From Octopus sinensis (Eukaryota): a stretch of DNA of 64,000 bases. Below, one piece after another: positions 1 through 11,483 of the stretch. The notes under the pieces are model-generated. The model did no database searches. It was not told the origin of the DNA and saw only the letters and a program-made list of their open reading frames with translations. The number at the start of each line of letters is the position of its first letter. Position 1 is the first letter of the stretch. The position numbers were made by a program, and so were the translations under genes. The stretch lies in NCBI RefSeq assembly GCF_006345805.1, contig NC_043011.1:51658464-51722463 (forward strand). Reading direction: 5' to 3'.

Positions 1-1140
1 GATAATCGAACCCCACTGTCTGAAATTTCTCTGAACACCAAGAGCAAGTGCCCTCTCCAACTTACAGGTCTACACTGAGAGTGGTACCATTCACTCTTAC
101 CATTTTCACAACTTTCACCCACCTTTCCCTCTCCACTCCCAATTTCCTTTTTAAGTGCAACTTGAAGAAGTCAATGAGAGCTCTACCAAAGAGGAATGTA
201 TCTGTCCTCATGCTTTTCAGCCTTGTCCATCAAACAACCTCTTTCGCCACAGCCACCAAGCAAAGGAAAAGTGCTTTGCCTGCCTGATTGAAGGAGGGCT
301 GCAGGGCAATCATCACTACAAGCTTGGCCAACAGGCAGATCTGTCCCAGATGTGACAGCAGCTGTTCAACATAACCCCATAAGTCAGCAATACCCGGACA
401 CTGAATGAGTGCAAGCAGAACTGTTTTGTCACTCAGCACAAACCTCAGACAAGTCCGTTGGACAGTACATTTATGCCTGTAGAGTTTATCTCAAAGCAGT
501 AGCACCCCCAAAGTAGCACTGCCAGGCCAAGGACACCTGGAAATTATCCATGACAGTTCTTGACCAGAAAGTCCACCAGTACAGACAAACCAGTTCATTT
601 TTGTCAGTGCCCAGAGTCTCACCGAGGTTATTGCAGTTCTCCGCCACTATAAATTTCTATAATCCTCTATAATCTTCTATAAATTTCTAAAGCAGAACAT
701 TCACCGATCTCATTGCCTGACTGGTAGAGGGCTGTGAGTGCCTGATGACATTCTAGGTACCTTCTTTTCTTCACTCAGGACTGCAGCTCTGTCAAGGAGA
801 TGAGCTGTGGAAAGATGAGTCTCACAAACGGAGCCCAGACATGCTTACCATCCAGAAATCATTGCAGGTGGCGTAACCAAAGAGCATGTCTGTGCAATTG
901 GAGCCACAGCATACCTAATCCACCACTTAGAGGATGCTGGTAACAGACTGATCACCTGACCATTGGAACGCGTCCCTTCCACAAGAATTTAAGTAAGTAA
1001 CTGGGACAAGGCATGGCAGTCAGGTGATAAATTATAACAGAGATGATGTAGGCATTTGCCTCCACTGTCTGACCTTTCAGGGACAGCTTCCTCTCATCCC
1101 ATTTCTGGGTAAGACTGGCCACCCTGTTTGCCAGTCATAC
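1..1140 (-). mobile_element. L1/Tx1-clade LINE ORF2 relic (post-RT region and C-terminal zinc-binding region), 5'-truncated, runs off the window start
   Basis: Minus-strand translation gives QKWDERKLSLKGQTVEANAYIISVIIYHLTAMPCP..FLWKGRVP..HPLSGGLG and KTVLLALIQCPGIADLWGYVEQLL..LFLCLVAVAKEVV. These are typical L1/Tx1 post-RT motifs, with in-frame stops. Homologous to the copy at 27117-27890. Confidence 0.88.
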
Positions 1141-1357
1141 TGTAATATCTCTTTCCTTCACTTGCCCTAGGGTGCTGAGTGTATCTTGACAAGTGATTGC
1201 AACAAACATGAAGATTAAAAGTAAACAACAACAACAAATACTCTGATGCAACACTAATAATAATAATGAAGCTGGTTGTATAGAGATATATCTATGTATA
1301 TATGTGTCTCCTTAGCTTGACTTTGTGCAACAGATGCAAAGGAGAAGTGATGTCCAC

Positions 1358-2491
1358 TTTTTCATTATATTTGTTTCAGTCATTTGACTGCAGCCATTTA
1401 GGTGTTTCAGTCAAACAAATTGATCCTAAGACTCATTTGTTTTTAAGCCTAGTACTTATTCTATCAGTCTGTTTTGCCAAACCACTAAGTAATGGAGATA
1501 TAAACACACCAACATCAGTTGTCAAACAGTGATGGAGTGACAAACAGAAAGACACACGTACACATATACCATAAAAACCCATGTAATTTGCACACCTGTG
1601 CAATTTACACAGGTGATTTTTAGGATAAAATTGGTTAAAAACAGCTTCTACTCATGTAAAATTTACACCCAAAAGTTTTCAGAATTGCCGATATGGCCAG
1701 GGGGAAAAGGTTTTTAATGTAGTTGTATTTAGCATAATTTCACTTATTTGTGATTAGATTTCATTAAATTTTCATTAAATAAAAACAATTTCTGTTTAAC
1801 AGGTGTCACATTAAAAGCTATTAAATTACAAAATGTTTATGTTGTTTATAATAAACTTTCTTGCCCACAAGAGATTATGTCTGATCTTTAACATACTGCT
1901 GTATGTCTTCTCAAATCACGATCACAGGAAAAGTTGTTGATAGGCATTATCAACAAAAACAAAGCTGATAATCAAACTGATTGTGTAAACAGAATTCTGA
2001 TCCGTCAAAAGCATCTTCTTGTCTCAAGCTCTGATTTTCCACGAATTCTTGTCGGAACCTGTGATACGTCAGACTTCAAAATGTAGTTAACTATTTAATG
2101 GCTTTAGTAAATTTATATAGAAAAAGTAAGCATTATACCGTCCAGCATAAATAAAAGTCAATTTCATTATATTAAAAGTCAACTTCCAGTATGAATGTTT
2201 TTGTTTTGTACATCAATTTTCAACATGAAAAATTTTTTAAAATTCTGGAAACGATCTACTCATGTAATTTATGCGCCCCTAAAGTTTATTTGTATTTTTG
2301 TGAAAAACAATATGTAAATTACATGGGTTTTTATAGTATATATGATGGGTTTCTTTCAGTTTTTGTCTACCAAATCCACGCACAAGACTTATAGTAGAAG
2401 ACACTTGCCCAAGGTGCCACGCAGTGAGACTGAACCTGGAACCATATGATTGGGAAGTGAGCTACTTACCACACAGCCACACCTGCACCTA
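1358..2491 (-). mobile_element. tRNA-head SINE (family A) split by a DNA-transposon insertion (SINE parts 1358-1566 and 2339-2491)
   Basis: The tail (ttgtttcagtcatttgactg..) and the head (..cttaccacacagccacacctgcacc) match intact copies at 20593-20992 and 28487-28872. The two halves flank the 1567-2338 element. Confidence 0.8.
1567..2338. mobile_element. Non-autonomous TIR DNA transposon (Tc1/mariner-pogo-like), TA target
   Basis: TIR taccataaaaacccatgtaattt (1567-1589) matches the reverse complement of aaattacatgggtttttatagta (2316-2338) at 22/23. TA at both ends. Subterminal repeats ctactcatgtaa near 1648 and 2257. Confidence 0.75.
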
Positions 2492-2642
2492 TAGTTTACA
2501 ACCCCCTAAAAGAAATACCTGGCTATAGGTAAATATTGCCTTGTTTGGAAATAATTAATTGTTGGTGACAGGAAGGCCATTTGACTATAGAAAATCCCCC
2601 CTCAATGAGTTTCATCTAAACTACACATTCATGGAAAAGTTC

Positions 2643-2709
<67 letters not shown>

Positions 2710-2904
2710 TGTGTGTGTATGCAAATATATATATAAACATATAGATATATACATAAACACACTCACATATATATACATAAATACATATATATATATATAT
2801 ATACATAAATGCATACATACATACAACAAATAAATATATAAAGACATAAAGACATATATATACATACATATAAATATATACATACATACATTTACATATA
2901 TGCA

Positions 2905-3175
2905 TACAGGCTGGCACCAACAGTAAACAACATGAAATACAAAAACAAATGAGTTCAATACACAAACAAGAGAAACAAATAGAAAACAGGACAAGTAACA
3001 CAAAGAACGACCCTTCATCAGTTGTCAGCTGTCTATGCTCGACGTGAGGGGCAGACAGGCTGCTGACAACTTATGAAGGCTCGTTCTTTGTGTTACTTGT
3101 CCTGTTTTCCAATTGTTTCTTTGGTTGTTTGCGTTTTTCGTATTTCATGTTGTTTACTTTTGGTGACGTCCTGTA
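2905..3175. repeat. Foldback (long imperfect inverted repeat) between microsatellites
   Basis: Inner arms 2982-3029 and 3062-3109 match at 46/48. Outer gtaaacaacatgaaatac (2923-2940) and gtatttcatgttgtttac (3140-3157) are perfectly complementary. Confidence 0.85.
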
Positions 3176-3189
3176 CTCTTATATGCAAA

Positions 3190-3224
<35 letters not shown>

Positions 3225-3282
3225 TATTATTATTATTATTATTATTTGATTGAACGCCACACATCCATTTCCAAGTAAGTTT

Positions 3283-3352
<70 letters not shown>

Positions 3353-4241
3353 TTCATACATACATATATCCATTCATACATACAAATAATTTATATACAT
3401 GTGTGTGTGTGTGTGTACATATATACATACATATATATTTCTATACATGTAAAGGAAGAAGGAATAAGCTGAGGCTAATGGCAATTCAGTTTAAGTTGTG
3501 AAGATCGATAGATGAAGTAGGGCAGGTGCACCAATGCACCAACAAATAAGTGGTGTAGTTGTTGCTGTGTCATGTTTGAATATAATTAAATAGCCTGTAT
3601 TTAAAATTGAATTTCATCCTACCAAGAAACATAGAATTATTTAAGATAGAGGAAATTAGTTGATCGAAGGAACAATACATAGATAATAATTATAATAATA
3701 AATAAATGTCTGACATCTTAGTTCTATAATAGCTACCAGCAGGTCAGTAGATGTCTGTCTCTCATAGTTTGGTTCATTTCAATGAGAAATGGCCAATATC
3801 TAGAAACATGGCATTCTTAGTACCCCACGTGTGCAATATTGATAATAACAATTTTATAGAATTTATATTTAGAATTAAATTGTCTTGTTATAAGGAACGT
3901 GCAATTATTAAAATTGTCCTATAATAGCATCAACCAATGAATGCTGCAGTCATTGCTGAGTGAGTGTTCATGTGTGGGTATAAGTAAATGGCTTATATTT
4001 GAAATTAAATTTTGTCCTGCTTGGAAGCACAGAAATATTTAAGACTGAGTAAGTTAGGAAAGAGAAGGGAAAATATATACAGATGATGATGATGATGAGG
4101 ATAACTACAAGACAATGTGAATAACAATGATAAATAATCTGTGACATCTTTGCTCTATAATAGCAGCAAGCATTGAATAACAGACATGTGCTCCAGCATG
4201 GCTGCTGTTATATGACTGAAACAAATAAAAGAATAAAAGAA

Positions 4242-4261
<20 letters not shown>

Positions 4262-4272
<11 letters not shown>

Positions 4273-4475
4273 CGGTTTCAAATTTTGCACAAGGCCAGCA
4301 CGTTTGAGCAAGGGGGTAAAGTGATTATATTGACCCCAATCCACAATTGCTACTTATTGATTCCGAAAGGATGAAAGGTAAAGTTGGCTTTGGTAGAATT
4401 TGACCTCAGAACATAAAGACAGACAAAATGCCGCTAAGCATTTTGCCTGACATGCTAACAATTCAGCTAGCCTGC
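4262..4475 (-). mobile_element. SINE family B (central gcctttcatcctttc..gtcgataaa..gtaccag domain)
   Basis: Reverse complement of the family B consensus seen at 33715-33925 and 34445-34655. Confidence 0.75.
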
Positions 4476-4844
4476 CAAATTACAAAAGCAGATCTAGTAA
4501 TGTAACTTTATCTGTTGGACATACATAATGTATATGCTTTGTTTGTACACCAAATTTACTGCAGGACAGTGTCCATGGAAAGCTCCCAGATGATGCTGAA
4601 TTGCACAAACCGAGTGAGACCACTTGCCTCAGAATCATTGAGAATGGTAGATATCGGGATCTCACCATTATTTTGGCTTATCAATATCTTTTACCTGGAT
4701 CATCTAAAAATGAAGAAAATTGCTGGTCTATGACTTAATGGCAAATAGAGTGAAGTCTATTTGTTGATGTGATGCAGCATAGCAGATGTGAAAGAAGATT
4801 AAATTACGAATTAAAAGCAGCTCCAATATTGTAAACATCTATAT

Positions 4845-5115
4845 ATTACTGGTGCTGGTGTCACATAAAAAACACTGGTTTGGTGCCACATAAAAAAACA
4901 CTGGTGCTGGTGCCACATAAAAAACAGTGGTACTGGTGCTATGTCAAAAGCACTGGCACTGGAACCACATAAAAAGCATCCAGTACACTCCAGCTGTACA
5001 AACTGTACCAGGACAGACAATGGAGCCTAGTTTGGCCCCTGGCCTTACTAGACCCTGTCAAATCATCCAGCTCACGCCAGTATGCAAAACAGACATTAAA
5101 TAATGATGATGATAT
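4845..5115 (+). mobile_element. RTE 3'-end-derived repeat (family C) with an internal ~27-bp tandem expansion and (GAT)n tail
   Basis: About 5 copies of ctggtgctggtgccacataaaaaaca, then ..gacattaaataatgatgatg, as in the copies at 27898-28190 and 47657-47885. Confidence 0.6.
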
Positions 5116-5151
5116 ATTTACACACACACACACACACACATGAATAAGCAC

Positions 5152-5204
<53 letters not shown>

Positions 5205-5348
5205 AATACACACACACACACACACACATTTAGTCCTATCCATGTCAGTGAGGAAAATGGACATTAAGCAATGATGTGTGTGTGTGGTGTGTGTGTGAAA
5301 GAGGAATGACAGACAAACAATTATAAGAGTAAGCAATGTATTTATATG

Positions 5349-5379
<31 letters not shown>

Positions 5380-5695
5380 TGTGAATGGGTGTCTTATTCA
5401 GCTTCTGCTAAGGTAGAGAAAAACAGGGTCTTCTTGAAAAAATTTGTATGTCAAGCAAGAAAGACAATGGTTATTTCATTAACGCCAACAAAATCTCACC
5501 ATCCTACAGTAATGATAATGAAAGGTAATAACCAAAAATATATATCGATTTTTGGTTTTTTGTACACCTGCAAAAGTCACTGAAGTACAAAAGACATTTC
5601 ATACAATGGAATCTCAGAAAATTGTACTGCCTAAGGGGAGTACTTCAAGTATTGGAACAGTATAGTAATCCTTTTTATATATATATGTGTGCCTC

Positions 5696-5756
<61 letters not shown>

Positions 5757-8225
5757 ATATATGTAAATGCATGTGTGTATGTATGTGTAGTGTGCATGAT
5801 ATATATACATATGTAATAGAGGAGAGTATAGTAGAGGAAGACATATGTTCTAACTAAATATAGTGTGATAGTAAAAAGAATTCATTGTACTGGAAATCTA
5901 TATTTTGGATATTCCATTTTGGCATTGTCTATTTTTGTTCGCAATTTCCATCTGTCCGTTTTGGAAATTACTGCTGAATTCGGTGTGAAATACTTTGCTA
6001 GCAACTGTGAACTGTGATATTTGGTCAATTTAATAATACAGGAGCTCTGGCTTCAATTTACTCTTCCATTGAAAACAACTATGGTAATTCTTAACCTAGT
6101 AAGAGAGCTTGTATATGATTACTGACTCATGGGGAGAGTCACCAGGTAGTCATTTTAACCAGTGGAGATGCCTCTATGTAGTCCTTGAAGTCAATGAGGG
6201 TGTTTCTATGTGGTCATTCTAACCAATGAGGGACCATCTATGTGGTTGCTTGACCAGCTAGAATTAACAACCAAATGACTTCCAAATTACAGTTTTCCAT
6301 CTTAGAAAACATGCCTTTAATAATTTGGTACTGGGCATTATGTGCTTCAGAAAGAGATGGAAATGTTGTGGTTGGAATTCCATTAATCACTGATCTATTT
6401 GATCAGGTTTGACTCGGAGTTAACAACTATGGCAATCATTGATTCAATGAAAGAGTCTTTAAGGTGTCCTATAATCAGCAGGCCTCCTATAATTAGCAGT
6501 CTGAACTCCTATAAGGTTCACCTTATTATACTGGAGTAAATAGTCCTGAGTATAAAATGCCAGCAAAGACAACTAGATAATCAAAGCTGGAATGTCAGAC
6601 AAATGATGAAAATTTTGCACACAGTCATAGTAGTAGATAAGACGTTGGAACACAGTGCCAGAGGTATTGAGTTCATATCCACTGCAGGTGTGTATATTAT
6701 GTTTTTCTTTTAAGTCAGTACACTTTACTTTATATGCCTCCATTCACATAATCAAGGCAAGTGACCCAGTGGTTAGATTCTTGAACTCATGATTGTAAGG
6801 TTATTGGTTTGATTCCTGGAACAGGTGGCATGTTGTATCTTTGGGCAAGGTCGCTCTAGTCCGCTCAGCTGATAACAAGTGCCATCTGGGAAAGTGTGGC
6901 ACCTTGCAGACTATTATCTTTTATCTTTTACTTGTTTCAGTCATTAGACTGCATCCATGCAGGAGCACTGCTTTGAAGAAATTTTAGTTGAATGAATCGG
7001 CCCCAGTACTTATTTTTTGATACTTATTTTGGTACTTATTTTATCGGTCTCTTTTGTTGAACTGCTAAGTTGCAAGGACATAAACCTATCATCACCAGTT
7101 GTCAAACAGTGATGGAGAGACAAACATACATACATACACATATATATACGATAGGTTTTTTTTTTCAGTCTACCAAATCCATGATGTTGATTGGATGCGT
7201 GATTTTTATCACTCTGGGTACATGTCCTCAGATTGTACTGTCCTCAGATTGACACCCAAACACTCTGAAATATTCGTATTGGCGTTTCCAGTGTGAATGC
7301 CAAGCAGTACAGCATGTTGTTTCCAAATTTCTGGCTGAGTGAATTGCATGATGGTGCTGTTTTTCTAACAGACAGTGCCCAGTTGACCCTACTATACTGT
7401 GTAGTCAACAAAATCAAAAACAAACAATGTACATGCGTGAAATTAAAAATATAAAATGGTGACGATTTACCCATCATACTCTGTATATATATATATAAAT
7501 ATAACAAGGTGAAGACTGGAAATTTAAGTTTAGGAGCTTCACAAGCCCTTTGGAATACTGGAAGTATTCATTTTATTTACATATATCACAAAGTTTATAA
7601 CAGCAAGAGAGATTTTATCTCATACATCTTTCAATTGTGTATAACCAGCTATAAGACCAATGCTAAGTAATGAGCTTTTAAGGAACTCTTGATAAGAATT
7701 AGAATTAATAGAATTATCATATAGAATAATATTAATAGAATTATAGTCTGTAGACTATTTTCTTTAGTTATACCAATAAATGTAGTCTTGGACATTGACA
7801 TAAATTAGCCTAACCTTTCTCTCTGAGTTTAATGAAATAAGTACCAGTCACATATCACAATTAATTCAATTAATCATATATAAAATTGATGCTGTTCAAT
7901 AAGGAGACACCTGCAAGTGATAAGTGTAAACCATTTTGATTTAAACATGAGTCAAATCAATTAGGAAACTGCAGTAAAGTTGCTCTAGCTGAAGAGAATA
8001 GCAGTCAAATGTATCTCATATCACACCCTACCAGGAAACATTGGCTAATGTAGCCCCAGACAACATAAAAGAAGAGATGGTCATGGCAAGAAATATTTTT
8101 GATCATAGGTTTTCTTCTGTGTAGTCTTACTTGAGGCAAAAGAACAGCAGTGCTAGCCCACTAAGTTAACAAGGGATCCTCTATAAGGTTGCTCATGCTG
8201 CTAGAATTAATATACTAAATCACAT

Positions 8226-8445
8226 AAGGCGACAAGCTGACAGAACTGTTAGCAAGCTGGGCAAAATGCTTAGTGGTATATTGTCTGTCTTCAGGTTCTA
8301 AGTTCAAATTCTGCTGAAGTTGACTTTGCCTTTCATCCTTTCATCCTTTCAGAGTCAATAAGTACCAGCTGAATACCGGAGTCAGTTTAACCAATTTATC
8401 CCTCCTCGAAAATTGCTGGCCCTGTGCCAAAATTTTGAAACCAAT
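8226..8445 (+). mobile_element. SINE family B copy
   Basis: aaggcgacaagctgacagaa..gcaaaatgcttag..gactttgcctttcatcctt..taagtaccag..gctggccctgtgcc. Confidence 0.75.
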
Positions 8446-8912
8446 ATACTAAGCCTCAGTCACAGATAACACTAAGCCTAAAGAAAGAAAAAAAAAAAGA
8501 GATGGTCACAGCTGGAATGCCTTTCATCAAAGGTCTGCTCCTTCAGGGTTAACCAAAAACTAAACGAACAACCTGTCAGCCATTAGTACACAAGTATCAC
8601 TGGAACTACCATTACCAATCTATAGTTTCTCTGTTTTCAAAATATTATCATCTCCCACCCTTTTGTCTAACTCATTGCATCATACACACCTTGCTACCTC
8701 TCACTGTCCCCCACCTTCACCTTACCCCCCCCTCTCCAGTCTTCTTTTCATCAGTCATAATTGCATTTAATTTGTGATTTATGATTTCCCTTTTAGCTCC
8801 ACCAACACCAACGCTACCAATCACTACCACTAATACCATCACCAACAACCACCATTAACACCTTTACCACCAGCAGGCTGTAATTCTAATATCACATTAA
8901 TGAAAGAGGCTA

Positions 8913-8956
<44 letters not shown>

Positions 8957-9688
8957 CAGAGAGATAGAGAGAGAGAGATACAGAGAGATACAGAGAGAGA
9001 GATAAAGAGAGAAATGGGGTGAGCTGGCAGGGGGTTGATTAGTAATAACACTCAGATCTCTAATCACTAGTGTTTAATCCATTAAGCTTTGTCTTCCACT
9101 TTCATTTAGTAAATAGAACAAAGTGCTCTGCCAGCTTTTTATACCCTTAATACCTACCCTCTATACACTGATGATTTAAAGACTGTCTGTCTGTCCCTCT
9201 CTCTGTGTATTTATGTGTGTGTGCATGCACAACCACATACATAAACAGATGTATTGTATAAACATGTGTGTGTGTGTGCGCATGTGTGTGTGTGTGTGTA
9301 TTTCTGTATACAACAATCACTAACAGATATAAACACTTGATAAAAGTATGAATGTGTACACATACAAACACACACACACACACATTCATCCACCCACATA
9401 AGCACCCGTATAGTGTGTTTGCATGTATGGTTGGCAGTATCCACAACCAGAAACACATTATATAATTGGGAGTGTGTATATGTATGTACACACACACACA
9501 CACACACAAACACATTCATATGTAAACACACACATCATCATCATCATTTTAATGTACACATTCTGATGCTAGTTTGGGTTAGATGGAATTCATTGAGGCA
9601 GGTTTTCTATGGTCAGATGCCCTTCCTATACATACACACACATGCATGCACACACACACATGCATGCACACACACATATGTATATCTA

Positions 9689-9740
<52 letters not shown>

Positions 9741-10207
9741 TACACACACAAACATATGTATGTACATACATTTATCTATCTATTTATATATATGTATATA
9801 TAACCATTTTCTTCTTCTCCTATATATATATATATATATTTATATATACATACATACATACATGTGTGTGTACGTGTGCGTATGTGTATGTATATATATA
9901 TATGTATATGTATGTATACATATATGTATGTGTATATATATATTTGTGTGTGTGTGTATATATATATATATATAAATCCCAAAAATGGAACAAGAACACA
10001 ACAGATGACAATAAAGGGAACATTTATATATATATATATATATATATATAATAGTTATCGCCATACTAATATGGCATTCTTATAAAAATAAGAAAAAAGC
10101 TGTCCGCTTATTAGCTCCATGAGGCCATCGCCTTAAGTTAGCTATTTGATACACAAACTGTATCCATATAACCTTCGAACAAGGGAGGTCAGTCGCTCCA
10201 CACTACA

Positions 10208-10249
10208 GCTACAGACGCGTTTCGGGGTATTGCCCCTTTTCAATGCAGC
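10208..10249 (-). ncRNA. Type I hammerhead ribozyme, U3-A8 variant (inverted unit)
   Basis: Minus strand: GCUGCA UUGAAAA GGGG CAAUA CCCC GAAA C GC GUC UGUAGC. Predicted cleavage after the C at 10214. Confidence 0.8.
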
Positions 10250-10460
10250 GTAGCCAGCCAGTAGGTGTCGCTTCCGACAATCTCTGTTCGATGGTTTTAT
10301 TTACCTAGTTTCGGTGGAATACATCCACTTGTTTTCAATAATAGAAATATTAAAATAACTAAGTCTCTCTAAAAGAGAACAGCAGATGTATTCCACCGAA
10401 ACTAGGTAAATAAAACCATCGAACAGAGATTGTCGGAAGCGACACCTGCTGGCTGGCTAC

Positions 10461-10502
10461 GCTGCATTGAAAAGGGGCAATACCCCGAAACGCGTCTGTA
10501 GC
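10461..10502 (+). ncRNA. Type I hammerhead ribozyme, U3-A8 variant (direct unit 1)
   Basis: Helix I GCUGCA/UGUAGC; core UUGAAAA; helix II GGGG-CAAUA-CCCC; GAAA; palindromic helix III ACGCGU; GUC triplet with cleavage after 10496. Confidence 0.85.
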
Positions 10503-10820
10503 TGCCGGTCAAGTAGTGTGGAGCGACTGACCTCCCTTGTTCGAAGGTTATATGGATACAGTTTGTGTATCAAATAGCTAACTTAAGGCGATGGCCTCAT
10601 GGAGCTAATAAGCGGACAGCTTTTTTCTATTTTTATAAGAATGCCATATTAGTATGGCGATAACTATTTTTTCCGGGAACGCTGCCGCTGTTCTCTTTTA
10701 GAGAGACTTAGTTATTTTAATATTTCTATTATTGAAAACAAGTGGATGTATTCCACCGAAACTAGGTAAATAAAACCATCGAACAGAGATTGTCGGAAGC
10801 GACACCTACTGGCTGGCTAC

Positions 10821-10862
10821 GCTGCATTGAAAAGGGGCAATACCCCGAAACGCGTCTGTAGC
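10821..10862 (+). ncRNA. Type I hammerhead ribozyme, U3-A8 variant (direct unit 2)
   Basis: Identical to unit 1, 360 nt downstream. Cleavage predicted after 10856. Confidence 0.85.
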
Positions 10863-11180
10863 TGCCGGTCAAGTAGTGTGGAGCGACTGACCTCCCTTGT
10901 TCGAAGGTATATGGATACAGTTGTGTATCAAATAGCTAACTTAAGGCGATGGCCTCATGGAGCTAATAAGCGGACAGCTTTTTTCTTATTTTTATAAGAA
11001 TGCCATATTAGTATGGCGATAACTATTATTTTCCGGGAACGCTGCCGCTGTTCTCTTTTAGAGAGACTTAGTTATTTTAATATTTCTATTATTGAAAACA
11101 AGTGGATGTATTCCACCGAAACTAGGTAAATAAAACCATCGAACAGAGATTGTCGGAAGCGACACCTACTGGCTGGCTAC

Positions 11181-11221
11181 GCTGCATTGAAAAGGGGCAA
11201 TACCCCGAACGCGTCTGTAGC
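11181..11221 (+). ncRNA. Hammerhead ribozyme copy with a one-A deletion in GAAA (direct unit 3)
   Basis: Reads ccccgaacgcgtc instead of ccccgaaacgcgtc. Otherwise identical. Confidence 0.7.
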
Positions 11222-11447
11222 TGCCGGTCAAGTAGTGTGGAGCGACTGACATCCCTTGTTCGAAGGTTATATGGATACAGTTTGTGTATCAAATAGCTAA
11301 CTTAAGGCGATGGCCTCATGGAGCTAATAAGCGGACAGCTTTTTTCTTATTTTTATAAGAATGCCATATTAGTATGGCGATAACTATTATTTTCCGGGAA
11401 CGCTGCCGCTGTTCTCTTTTAGAGAGACTTAGTTATTTTAATATTTC

Positions 11448-11483
<36 letters not shown>

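Larger units (their letters stand above)
10051..11450. mobile_element. Array of 360-bp hammerhead-bearing units (non-LTR retrozyme / Penelope pseudo-LTR-like): one inverted unit (10051-10383) plus three direct units (from 10385/10746/11106)
   Basis: atgtattccaccgaa recurs at 10386, 10746 and 11106 (period 360) with only a few single-base differences. 10051-10383 is the reverse complement of a permuted unit. (TA)n on both flanks. No ORF. One HHR motif per unit. Confidence 0.88.

Noticed and set aside
10051-11450. CRISPR-like or rDNA-like tandem array
   Set aside because: Units are identical along their whole 360 bp with no unique spacers, the context is eukaryotic, and there is no 5S or tRNA similarity.
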